Of a stretch of DNA of 64,000 bases, positions 39,009-48,737 are shown one piece after another (the stretch's first letter is position 1; every line of letters begins with the position of its first letter). A program made the position numbers and the translations under genes. Source of the stretch: Alphaproteobacteria bacterium (lineage in GTDB: Bacteria > Pseudomonadota > Alphaproteobacteria > JAAXGF01); assembly GCA_963555825.3 (NCBI GenBank), contig CAUVXB020000002.1, forward strand, positions 2,816,001 through 2,880,000, written 5' to 3'. The notes beneath the pieces are model-generated. The model saw only the letters and a program-made list of their open reading frames with translations, did no database searches and had not been told where the DNA came from.

Positions 39009-40364
39009 ATGACCGCGACGACGCCGCACGGCCGGCCCGAGCCGAAGATCGACCCAGCGCGCCGGCCGGCCGCCAACCGCAGGCCCGCCGGTCTCAGGCC
39101 CGACGGCTCGCCCGACGACAACGACCGCGTCGAGATCGGCCCGACCGATACCGCCTTCGCGGAATGGGCGGCGCTCGGCCTCGAGGCGCCCAATCTGGAG
39201 CGCATGCGGGCGCGGCGCCTCGCCCGCGTTTGCGACCAGCTTCAGGCGCGCGACTACGCCGGTGCGCTGCTGTTCGATCCGCTCAACATCCGCTATGCGA
39301 CGGATGCGACCAACATGCAGCTTTGGATCGTGCACAACCCGGCGCGCGCCGCCTTCGTCTCGGCCGACGGCTACGTCGTCTTGTGGGAGTTCCACAACGG
39401 CGCGCATCTGTCGGCGCATCTGCCGCTGGTCCGCGAGCTGCGCCAAGGGGCCGGCCACTTCTATATGCTGGCGGGCGACGCCGAAGAACGCCTAGCCGGC
39501 AAGTTCGCCGATCAGGTCGTCGACGTGCTCGGCCAGCATGGCGGCGACAACCGCCGGCTCGCGATCGACCGCATGGAGACCGCCGGCATCGTATCGCTGC
39601 AGCAGCGCGGCATCGAGATCACCAGCGGCCAGCAGGTCATGGAGCACGCCCGCCTGATCAAGAGCGCCGACGAGATCAACGCGATGCGCTGCGCCATGGC
39701 GAGCTGCGAGATCGCCGTCGAGGCGATGCGCCGCGAGATCCGTCCGGGCATCGCCGAGGTCGAACTGTGGGCGGTGCTGCACGCCGAGAACATCAAGCGC
39801 GGCGGCGAGTGGATCGAGACCCGGATTCTCTCGTCCGGGCCACGGACCAATCCGTGGATGCAGGAAGCCGGCCCGCGCCGCATTGCCGACGGCGACTTGG
39901 TCGCGCTCGATACCGACCTGATCGGCCCCTACGGCATGTGCGCCGACATCTCGCGTACCTGGTACTGCGGCGACGGCGCGCCCGATGACGAGCAACGCCG
40001 CCTGCACGGCATCGCTTATGAGCACATCACGGCCAACGAGGCGATCCTGAAGCCCGGCGTTAGCTTCCCCGAGCTCACCGATCTGGGCCATCGCCTGCCC
40101 GAGGAATTCCGCGCGCAGCGCTACGGCGTCAAGTACCACGGCGTCGGCCTGTGCGACGAGTTCCCGTGCATCTACTACCCGGAGGACGTCATCGCGGGCG
40201 CCTTCGACTACGTGCTCGAGCCCGGCATGGTGCTCTGCGTCGAGGCCTATATCGGCGCCGTCGGCGGCCGCAACGGCGTCAAGCTCGAGAACCAAGTGCT
40301 GATCACCGAGACGGGGTCCGAGAACCTGACCCGATGCCCGTTCGACGACCGCTTGCTGGGCTAA
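39009..40364 (+). CDS. dddP: DMSP lyase DddP (M24 fold)
   Basis: DddP-specific N-terminus KIDP...PDDNDRVEIGPT..AFAEW, then FDPLNIRYATD.TNMQLW, HAENIKRGGEWIETR, DTDLIG, HGVGLCDE and PGMVLCVE. Confidence 0.88.
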   Translation: MTATTPHGRPEPKIDPARRPAANRRPAGLRPDGSPDDNDRVEIGPTDTAFAEWAALGLEAPNLERMRARRLARVCDQLQARDYAGALLFDPLNIRYATDATNMQLWIVHNPARAAFVSADGYVVLWEFHNGAHLSAHLPLVRELRQGAGHFYMLAGDAEERLAGKFADQVVDVLGQHGGDNRRLAIDRMETAGIVSLQQRGIEITSGQQVMEHARLIKSADEINAMRCAMASCEIAVEAMRREIRPGIAEVELWAVLHAENIKRGGEWIETRILSSGPRTNPWMQEAGPRRIADGDLVALDTDLIGPYGMCADISRTWYCGDGAPDDEQRRLHGIAYEHITANEAILKPGVSFPELTDLGHRLPEEFRAQRYGVKYHGVGLCDEFPCIYYPEDVIAGAFDYVLEPGMVLCVEAYIGAVGGRNGVKLENQVLITETGSENLTRCPFDDRLLG

Positions 40365-40368
40365 AGTA

Positions 40369-40548
40369 TAATAGGATCGATTGGCATCGGTCGGACTATG
40401 CCAGCCCGCGCCCTTCTAACTGGGACAAGAGGGGGGCCGCCGACCGATCGGCCAGCTTTGATTCCATAAGCCGGCTTTGATTTCACAAGACTGGCAAGCG
40501 CGGCGATCGAGTGCAGATCATCTTTGACTCGCGTAAAGATGACCGGAC
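40369..40548 (-). repeat. Structured intergenic repeat, copy D (expanded)
   Basis: Minus strand CGGTCA...TGATCTGCACTCGATCGCCGCGCTTGC...GCCGATCGGTCGGCGGCCC...CGCGGGCTGGCAT. Confidence 0.75.
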
Positions 40549-40719
40549 AATGGTCTAGAAGGCCGCCGAAAAACTCCCGAAGACGCCCTTTTGAGCCGAA
40601 ACTGTGGAAATTTGCAAAATCGGCGAATTTGTAAACCCGCGATTTTACTGGCAACGAAACACTACGGATTTCCATAGAGTCACGATTTCGAACCCTCGAA
40701 ATAGTTCTTCGGCAGCCTG

Positions 40720-42260
40720 CTAGAGCCGATCCACAAACCTCAACGCCAGGGCGGTCAATGTCAGAGTGGGGTTGACGGCCGCAACATTGGGGAACACGGC
40801 GTTGGAGCATATATACAGGTTGTCGGAACCGTGAACGCGCAAGCCATCGTCGACAACACCATCGACATCCGAATTGCTCATACGACAGGTCGCGACAAGA
40901 TGATCGGCACGCGGTGGAAATACTTTGGACTTCACATCCGTGCAACCGAGCGCCGTCAATACCTTCTCAAGCCGTTCGCGGTTGCGTTTGATGGAGTCCT
41001 GGGTCACCTGGTGCTTGTAATAATTGATTTTCGTCCGTGGCAGGCCGAACCGGGTTCACCATTGGTGGGCTGTACGCTGTTGCCGTCGGCGGCAAACTGT
41101 TCAACGAAACCCCGCAACTTAAACACCATTTTCCCGACAACGGCCTCCTCGATCTCGTCCAGCTTTTCGCCCGACCGCATGTTGCGTTCCAGGCGAATTT
41201 TCGGTCCTCCGTGACTTCTGATGAAGAAGAACTTCCCTTGGGGCTGTTCCGCCGGTGTGTCGAACTCGCGCGAACACAATGTCGGGAAACCGATTCCCTG
41301 TTGAACCCGCCTTGAATTCGACCCGAGAATTCCCGAGGCGGACACGAGTGGGTGGGTAACGAGGTGCTGGCCGACGTGGCCGCTGCCGTTACCCAAGCCG
41401 TTCGGTGCGTATGCGCGGTCCGCCGAAGCAAGCAGCAACTTGGGTGTCTCTATGGCGCCAAGGCAGAGAATGACGGCATCCGCTTCCACGAATTCGAACT
41501 CTCGTGTCGCCAAATCCAAATACTCGACACCCACAGCCTCACTTCTGTTTCGCATTAGAACCCGGCGGACCGCACTGTTGAGCCGAAGCTCGAACCTGCC
41601 CGGGTAATCACCATTCGTCAGGTCATCGATAGTACGGTCGGTCGTGTACCGACCACCGACCGGGCAGTATTTGCATGTGCCCGTTGTCAAACAGCTGTCA
41701 CCGCTCCGGGCGATAGGTAGATTCGCGTGGCTATAATCGAGCCCATCAAGAGCATCGATGACGATCCCGTCCGCTTGAGTAAACGGCACGGCCTCGAAGG
41801 GATATCGATCGCTGCCTCGGGGCGGGTCATGATCATCCGAATTTCCCGCGACGCCGAGGAAATGCTCGGCCTGATCGTAATAACGCCGTAGCTCGTCATA
41901 ACCGAATGGCCAATCCAACCCGGTCCTAGCCGCCGTTTTCAAAGCGAAGTCCTCCGGTTTGAAGCGGAGGCACCACCCACCCCAGTGAATCGTCGAGCCG
42001 CCCCGCCCGAACAGGCGAGATTCCTTGAGGTTCATTATCACCGGGCCGGACACATACTCTGAGTCAATGTCCTCGCCGTCTTGATAAGGGCGACGATCAG
42101 TCGCGACGAAGTCCAGCCACCGGCGGCGATCGCCCATTACGATGTCCGGACCGGCCTCAAGCATGAGAACCTCTCCGGCCTTGTCGGCTCCCAGCAACCT
42201 TTCGGCGATCGCGGCGCCGGCCACGCCCGAGCCGACGACGATGACCCGGTTCCATCTCAT
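40720..42260 (-). CDS. GMC-family oxidoreductase (frameshift near 41055)
   Basis: GSGVAG, GGSTIHW and CLTTGTCKYCP motifs. The second frame continues TRFGLPRTKINY...H...TCRM...NPTLT. Confidence 0.88.
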
Positions 42261-42844
42261 TCGTCCGCTCCCCTATACGGAAGATTTTGATGGTCGGAGA
42301 ATTGACTGCTTATGTAACCGCTGTAGTTCTTGTACCCGAACCGCCGAAAGCCGCCGTGGACGACATGGTAGGTGATCAATTCGGAAAGTACGAACGTCTT
42401 GACGCGTCCCGCGCGCCCACGTTCGTCGGCTACGGAGCCATGCGTCAGTAATAGCCAAAAGGCATCCAAATCGTTATCCGTCTGGGCCGTCGCGCGACGC
42501 CATACCTCGGCAGCCTCTTCGTACTCGGTCAGGTAGCTCGGCACCTCCTCGGTTTTCAGGCCGAGATCGTCAATCAGATAGCCGCCATATTCGGAATGCC
42601 CCTCGAGATCCCAACTCACCACAATTTGGGCCGAAATCGCCTCAAGCGCTTTCAGGTCGTCCCGCCGCAGTTGGCCGGTACGCTGCGGTTGCCGCATCAG
42701 CGGCCGATTGTCCACGTGTTCGGCAAGCCAAGCGTCGAGGTCCGGCGATGCGAAAACGACACGAGGCCCGACAACCACGAAGGGCAGCGCCAATGACACC
42801 GTCAGATTATGGAACTCACGCCTCGTCAAACCGCCTTTGACCAT
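42257..42844 (-). CDS. Tat-signal small subunit of a GMC dehydrogenase (gluconate-2-DH subunit 3-like)
   Basis: LTRREF twin-arginine motif, C-terminal GGFRRFGYKNYSGY, and translational coupling to the GMC gene. Confidence 0.6.
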   Translation of the reverse strand: MVKGGLTRREFHNLTVSLALPFVVVGPRVVFASPDLDAWLAEHVDNRPLMRQPQRTGQLRRDDLKALEAISAQIVVSWDLEGHSEYGGYLIDDLGLKTEEVPSYLTEYEEAAEVWRRATAQTDNDLDAFWLLLTHGSVADERGRAGRVKTFVLSELITYHVVHGGFRRFGYKNYSGYISSQFSDHQNLPYRGADE

Positions 42845-43194
42845 TTCAATCGAGATCCTTTGGTTAATCCCTTAGTTCAACCTACGTTACAGGACGTTGA
42901 CGGCTTGACGATCGTCCGAGAACGGGATTCCACCATAGTTGCGTCGGCACGGTTGAAACAGCTAAAAATTGTAATAGTTAAAGTTTTACACTGTTAGGTC
43001 GGCCAACGGATCGGCCAAGTGCTTGGCATTCCGGCAACCGAGGTGGGCCCGCGTGACATCAACAAATCCCGCAAAGCCTTGCAGGACCGGTTTCGTTGGG
43101 CCGAGGGGCGACACCTACAATCATGCGGCGCGCGGCCCGACGACGTCTTTTCGTCCCGCTGCGCGCCGCTGCCGGCGGTCGACCCGTGTCGCGC

Positions 43195-43716
43195 TCAGCG
43201 GCAGTGGCGCGCGACGTGGTCGGCGGCTGCCGGGGCGATCTTCTCCTGGACCAGGGCGGTGATGGCGCGGTCGGCGTCGGACCAGGCGCGCGGCGCTTCG
43301 ATCATGCAGGGCTCGAGAATGCCGTACATCAGCCCGTCGTGGTAGAGCGGCGCGTGGATCAGCGCGCGGTGGCCGAAATGGGCGACCTCGTAAGGGCCGT
43401 TGACCAGCGCCGGGTCGGCGCTCAGCACGTCCTCGATATAGAGCGCCGCCGGGTCGCGTAGCGCCAAGGCGAACATCGGGTCGTCGTCGGGCAGTGACGG
43501 GCTTTCGACCGGCCAGCCCGCGTCATCGCGGGTCAGCGCATACGCCGGTTTGCGCTGCCAGGCGTGCGTCGCGCGGGCGCGCCGGCTATGCGGGTCGCGC
43601 AGGAACAGAACGCAGCGGTCACAATCGATTGCCGCGGCATACGCCGCCGGAAGCCGGTCGAGCAACACGTCGGGCGATGCGCCGCTGTCGAGCAGCGCCT
43701 GCAGGTCTTCGGTCAT
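43195..43716 (-). CDS. Stand-alone GAF-domain protein
   Basis: CDRCVLFL, IEDV, GHRALIHAPL and PRAWSDAD motifs. Confidence 0.8.
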   Translation of the reverse strand: MTEDLQALLDSGASPDVLLDRLPAAYAAAIDCDRCVLFLRDPHSRRARATHAWQRKPAYALTRDDAGWPVESPSLPDDDPMFALALRDPAALYIEDVLSADPALVNGPYEVAHFGHRALIHAPLYHDGLMYGILEPCMIEAPRAWSDADRAITALVQEKIAPAAADHVARHCR

Positions 43717-43844
43717 GTCGTCCCCTCCGCCCGGTGTCGGCCCGATCTGATCCTCGGTATAAAGGCTTTTGTCGAACAGCGGCCGAATTTCGGCTAAAGG
43801 AAGTGGCGGCCCACGGCGGGCGGGCGTTGAACGGCGGGTCATCC

Positions 43845-45380
43845 ATGATACCAGCAATCCTGGCGATCGATCTGGGGTCGAGCACGGTCAAGGCGGCCGT
43901 GGTCGACCATTCCGGCGCGCTTCGCGGCACCGGCGCCGGCACGATCGAGTTGATCCTGGGCGGGGACGGCGCCGCCGAACAGTCGCCGGACCAGCTCTGG
44001 GCGGCGGTGATGGGCGCCTGTCGCCGGGCGATCGGCGCGTCCAGCGCCGGCGCCGCCGAGATCGTCGGCATCGCGTGTTCGAGCCAGTATTCCTCGGTCG
44101 TGCCGGTCGACGCGGCGGGCGAGGCCGCCGCCAACCTGATCCTGTGGCGCGACACGCGGGGCGCCAAGCATGCCCGCGCGCTGATCGAGGGCAACCCGGA
44201 CGCGCGCGCGACCTGGACCGAAATTCACGGCCTGCCGCCGTCGGTCGAGGGCCGCGACACGCTGGCGCATATGCTCTACGTCAAGAATGAGGCGCCCGAC
44301 GTCTACGCGCGGGTCGACGCCTTCCTCGAGCCGGTCGATTACCTCAATCTCAGGTTCTCGGGCGTCACCGCCGCGAACCAATGCAGCGTCTACAAGATGC
44401 TGCTGACCGACAACCGCCAATCGAATGCGCGCGACTATGACCCGACACTCATGGCGCTCGCCGGCATCGGCGCCGACAAGCTGCCGCCGCTCATCGACAT
44501 CGACGCGGTGGTCGGCGGGCTGCGCGCCGACGTCGCCGACGAACTCGGCCTCGCGGCGGGCATCGCGGTGATGGGCGGCGTCAACGACAACCATGCGGTG
44601 GCGCTGGCGACCGGTGCGCTGGAGAAGCGCCGGGCCGGGCTCTCGATCGGCACGACGGCGAACATCTCGGCGCTGGTCGACGGCCTGAAGAGCGACCCGG
44701 TGAAACGCCTGGCGGCGATGCCGAGCTCGCTGCCGGGGCGCAACATGGTGATGGCCGAGAACGGCCTCGGCGGCAAGGTGCTGGAGCTGGTCCTGCGCCA
44801 GCTCTTCTTCCCCGATGCGGACGACGACTCGGGCGCGCCGTTCGACGCCGTCGAACTCGCGGCGGCGCAGGGTGCGCCCGGCTCGGGCGGCGTGCTGTTC
44901 CTGCCCTGGATCAACGGCGCCGGGTCGCCGGCGTCGAATGCACGCGCCAGGGCCGGCTTCCTCAACATCTCGCCGGCGACGACGCGCGACGACCTGCTGT
45001 CGGCGGTGCTCGAGGGCATCGCGTTCAACCTGCGCTGGCTCAACGAGGCGGTCGAGGAGTTCGTCGACGACCGCTTCGAGCGGGTCATGTTCCTGGGCGG
45101 CGGCGCGCAGTCCGACGCCTGGTCGCGCATCCTGGCCGATGTCCTCGACCGGCCGGTCCACCAGATGGCCGACGCGCGGTTCGCGCCGTGCAAGGGCCTG
45201 GCCTATCGCGCGCTGGTGCGGCTCGGCCATCTGGCTGAGGATGCGCGCGACGACTTCCTGCGCGTCAGGGCGGTATACGATCCGCGCAACGAACACCGCG
45301 CCCTCTACGATGCGGTCTACGGCCAATTCCTGGCGGCGTATGAGAACAACATTGCGATTTTCACGGCGTTGAATGGATGA
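43845..45380 (+). CDS. FGGY-family carbohydrate kinase
   Basis: AIDLGSSTVKA, WRDTR, SIGTT, LEGIAF and GGGAQSD motifs. Confidence 0.92.
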   Translation: MIPAILAIDLGSSTVKAAVVDHSGALRGTGAGTIELILGGDGAAEQSPDQLWAAVMGACRRAIGASSAGAAEIVGIACSSQYSSVVPVDAAGEAAANLILWRDTRGAKHARALIEGNPDARATWTEIHGLPPSVEGRDTLAHMLYVKNEAPDVYARVDAFLEPVDYLNLRFSGVTAANQCSVYKMLLTDNRQSNARDYDPTLMALAGIGADKLPPLIDIDAVVGGLRADVADELGLAAGIAVMGGVNDNHAVALATGALEKRRAGLSIGTTANISALVDGLKSDPVKRLAAMPSSLPGRNMVMAENGLGGKVLELVLRQLFFPDADDDSGAPFDAVELAAAQGAPGSGGVLFLPWINGAGSPASNARARAGFLNISPATTRDDLLSAVLEGIAFNLRWLNEAVEEFVDDRFERVMFLGGGAQSDAWSRILADVLDRPVHQMADARFAPCKGLAYRALVRLGHLAEDARDDFLRVRAVYDPRNEHRALYDAVYGQFLAAYENNIAIFTALNG

Positions 45381-45407
45381 TGTCGTGAGGCAACCTGGGA
45401 GGCGACG

Positions 45408-46848
45408 ATGTCGGACAAACTGAGGCCGGACGCCAGGCGGTCCTACCCCTATCGGGAACGCTACGGCGCGCTTCACGCGCTGCCCGAGGCGGCGATCGGG
45501 CGCGATGAAATCCTGCGTCAGGCCGCCGAGATGGCCGAGCGGGAGGACCGGGTGTGGTCGGACGGGCTGTGCTCGGGGACGATCTACGCCGGCGATCACG
45601 CGCATTACGCGTTCTTGAACGAGGTCTTCGCGCATTATTCCCACGTCAACGCGCTGCAGCGCGACATGTGCCCCAGCCAGTCGCGTTTCGAGGCCGAGAT
45701 CATCGCCATGACGCTCGACATGCTGAACGGCGACGCGGTGGCGCGCGACACGCCCGGCCAGGAGGTCTGCGGCGTGGTCGGCAACGGCGGCACCGAGAGC
45801 ATCATCTCGGCGCTGCTCGCCTACCGCGAGACGCACCGCGAGACGCGCGGCATCACGGCGCCCGAGATCATCATTCCGGTCACGGCGCACGCGGCGTTCG
45901 ACAAGGGCGCGCACTACTTCGGCTTACGGGTGATCCACGCGCCGGTCGACCCGGCGACGACCCTGGTCGACGTCGATTTCGTCGCGGATCACATCAACCG
46001 CAACACCATCGCGCTGGTCGGCTCGGCGGGCAACTACCCCTACGGCACGATCGACCCGATCGCCGCGCTGTCCGACCTGGCGCTCGAGCACGGCATCGGC
46101 CTGCACGTCGACGGCTGCCTGGGCGGCTTCATCCTGCCGTGGGGCGAGCGGCTCGGCTACGACATCCCGGTGTTCGACTTCCGCCTGCCCGGCGTGACCT
46201 CGATCTCGGCCGACACGCACAAGTACGGCTATGCGCTGAAGGGCACCTCGGTCGTGCTCTACCGCGACAAGACGCTGCGCGCAGGCCAGTTCTTCTCACA
46301 GCCGGTCTGGCCGGGCGGCATGTACGCCTTCGCCCGGCATCGGCGGCAGCCGCTCGGGCGGGCTGCTCGCCGCCGCCTGGGCGGCGATGGTCAGCCTGGG
46401 CCAAGACGGCTATATGGCGCGCGCCAAGGCGATCTTCGAGACCGCCTTCGCCATGCAGGCCGTGGTCGCCGAAACGCCCGAGCTGCGCATCATGGGCGCG
46501 CCGACCTTCTGCTTCGCCTTCACCGCCGACGATTTCGACATCTACCACGTCAACGACGACATGAAGCGCCGCGGCTGGCGCTTCAACGGCCAGCAGTACC
46601 CGAGCGCGATCCACATGTGCGTCACCGGCCCGCAGACCCAGCCCGGCGTCGTCGAGCGCTTCCGCGACGACCTCGCGGCGGGCGTCGCCTACGCCAAGAC
46701 GACGAACGAGCCGGTCGCGCGCTCGGGCTCGTTCTACGGCGGCGCCGGCGCGCAAGCGACGGCGGAGAACGTCGACATCGCCGATTTACGCCAAAAACTC
46801 GTCCGCGCGCTCGAGATGAACCTCGAGCAGCCCGAGGAGTTAGTATAG
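45408..46848 (+). CDS. Sphingosine-1-phosphate lyase-like PLP enzyme (apparent +1 frameshift near 46330)
   Basis: SGTIY, GGTESI, HAAFDK, HVDGCLGG and SADTHKYG motifs. Removing one T restores MYASPGIGGSRSG and joins ORF 46387-46848. Confidence 0.88.
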
Positions 46849-46930
46849 GTGACGGTCACCTTTGGTGACCTGCGCTCAGTCGCCGCGCTTGCTTCCGCCG
46901 AACGGTCGGCGGCCCGCGGTCGCGGGCTGG
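46849..46930 (+). repeat. Structured intergenic repeat, copy A
   Basis: GGTCACC-TTT-GGTGACCTGCGCTCAGTCGCCGCGCTTGCTTCCGCCGAACGGTCGGCGGCCCGCGGTCGCGGGCTGG. Confidence 0.85.
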
Positions 46931-46943
46931 CGCTTCGCGCGGC

Positions 46944-47294
46944 CTAGAGAACTCGTCGCAGGACGTGGCGGCGGTTGGTCGTATAGGGCCGTACCTCGCC
47001 GGCCCACCGTCCGGCCTCGACCGCGGCGGCCCATTCCGGGCTGACCAGCACCTCGGGGCCCTCGATCTCGTAGATCGCCGAGAAACGTGGCTCCCCCTCG
47101 GCCGTGATCTGGCGTTCCTCGCTGCCGATGCTGAGCGTCAGCGGCGCCGTCTCGAGCCGGGTGATCGAAATCACGCCCGGCACCGCCAGCAGGCTCGGCA
47201 CATGCTCTGTGTCATAGACCTCATGGAACAGCGCCTCCTTGTCGGGCGCGACGTCCATGCTGGCGTAGAACAGATACTTCCCGGTGATCGGCAT
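46944..47294 (-). CDS. Small EthD/dimeric alpha-beta barrel-like protein
   Basis: FHEVYDTEHVPSLLAVPGV...AIYEI motif, with RBS GGAGG. Confidence 0.75.
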   Translation of the reverse strand: MPITGKYLFYASMDVAPDKEALFHEVYDTEHVPSLLAVPGVISITRLETAPLTLSIGSEERQITAEGEPRFSAIYEIEGPEVLVSPEWAAAVEAGRWAGEVRPYTTNRRHVLRRVL

Positions 47295-47363
47295 GCGCTG
47301 CCTCCCTTCCGACGGGCGATCTTCTGGTAGCATAGCCTGGATCGGCAAAGGTAGGAGCGCGCG

Positions 47364-48083
47364 ATGTACGGCAAGACGACCGCTGAGATCCTCGGCAGCG
47401 CGATGGAAATCCTGGTCTTCGAGCCCGCCGGTGAGGGGCCGTTTCCGGGCGTCGTCGTCGCCCAGCACCTGCCGATCGCCCACGCCGGTCTCGAGAAGGA
47501 CCCGTTCACCATCGATGTCGGCGAACGCCTGGCTGGCGCGGGCTATGTCTGCGTCATCCCCTTCGTCTTCCACTGGTGGCCGCCCGACGCCGATATCGAC
47601 GTCAAGCGCGCCGAATTCCGCGACGACTGGACGGTCGCCGACATGGCCGCGGCCTATGACCGGCTCGCCGGCATGCCCAACGTCGACGGCGGCCGCATCG
47701 GCATCGTCGGGCACTGCTGGGGCGGCCGCATCGCCTGGCTAGTGGCCTGCCACAACGCCCGCTACAAGGCCGCCGCCGTGTTCTACGGCGGGCGCATCAA
47801 GGTGGCCATGGGGCCGGACGCGGTGCCGCCGATCGAGCTCGCCGACCGCATCCCGTGCCGGGTGCTCGGCATCTTCGGCAACGACGACGAGAACCCGTCG
47901 CCGGCCGACGTCGACGACCTCGACGCCGCGCTCGCCGCGGCGGGCGTCGCGCACGACTTCCACCGCTACGACGGCGCCGGCCACGGCTTCCAGGACTTCG
48001 GCGACGAAACCCGCTACCGCGAGGCGGCCACCGCCGACGCCTGGGACAAGCTGCTGGCGTTCTTCGGTGCTGAGCTGACGTAA
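47364..48083 (+). CDS. Dienelactone hydrolase family
   Basis: GHCWGG nucleophile, FYG and YDGAGHGF motifs. Confidence 0.92.
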   Translation: MYGKTTAEILGSAMEILVFEPAGEGPFPGVVVAQHLPIAHAGLEKDPFTIDVGERLAGAGYVCVIPFVFHWWPPDADIDVKRAEFRDDWTVADMAAAYDRLAGMPNVDGGRIGIVGHCWGGRIAWLVACHNARYKAAAVFYGGRIKVAMGPDAVPPIELADRIPCRVLGIFGNDDENPSPADVDDLDAALAAAGVAHDFHRYDGAGHGFQDFGDETRYREAATADAWDKLLAFFGAELT

Positions 48084-48416
48084 GGGCTGCCGCGCGGTCA
48101 GCCGTAGGACGTCGTGTCGCCGTCGCCGCGCATGGTGGTCAGGCTTAGCGCGCGGATTGGTCAGTGGGTTGGGTTTTCGGCCGCCAAATCGGTCCGATAG
48201 GGAGCGAAACCCAACCTACCGAGCCAGTTCACGACGGGAAGTGCGGTGCGAATGCCCTTCGTGCTACCATCATCGGCAACTGGGCGGGGGGCGAGCCATC
48301 TGGCCAATCTCGCTTGGGTCAAATTGGCAATTGTAGTTTGACACAAGAGACTCGGAAGTAGTCAATATTTTTTCTTATTTCATATTGTATCGATCCACAA
48401 GAACGAAGGAAAACCG

Positions 48417-48593
48417 ATGGTTTCTACATCTACGGCAACACAAGAAAGGTTTCCAAAAGAAGTTACTGAAGATGAAATTAGGCAACTATCGAAACTGCGC
48501 GAAAAGGCGGGGGCCATATCGACCAAGTTTACAATGGAAGGGGAATATTGGGTTCTGACTACGGAGTGGGCAGTGTTAGGAGATGACGCATAA
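48417..48593 (+). CDS. Small hypothetical protein (58 aa, AT-rich)
   Basis: MVSTSTATQERFPKEVTEDEIRQLSKLREKAGAISTKFTMEGEYWVLTTEWAVLGDDA, with RBS AAGGA and TTGACA at 48338. It is below the ORF-track cutoff. Confidence 0.6.
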   Translation: MVSTSTATQERFPKEVTEDEIRQLSKLREKAGAISTKFTMEGEYWVLTTEWAVLGDDA

Positions 48594-48737
48594 ACTCGGA
48601 CGTCTTTGGCCCGCTCTGTCCACGTCCTTTGCCGATGGGGACGGGGTTCCGCTCTGGCCGCGCGCCACCGTTTGTCGTGGCTTCGGGCTAGAATCGCCAC
48701 TTGTCGTGGTAGCAGCCGTGGGGGAGGCGCAGGACAT

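Noticed and set aside
40361-40945. 194-aa minus-strand ORF after the GMC gene
   Set aside because: It overlaps the GMC C-terminus out of frame and runs through repeat copy D.
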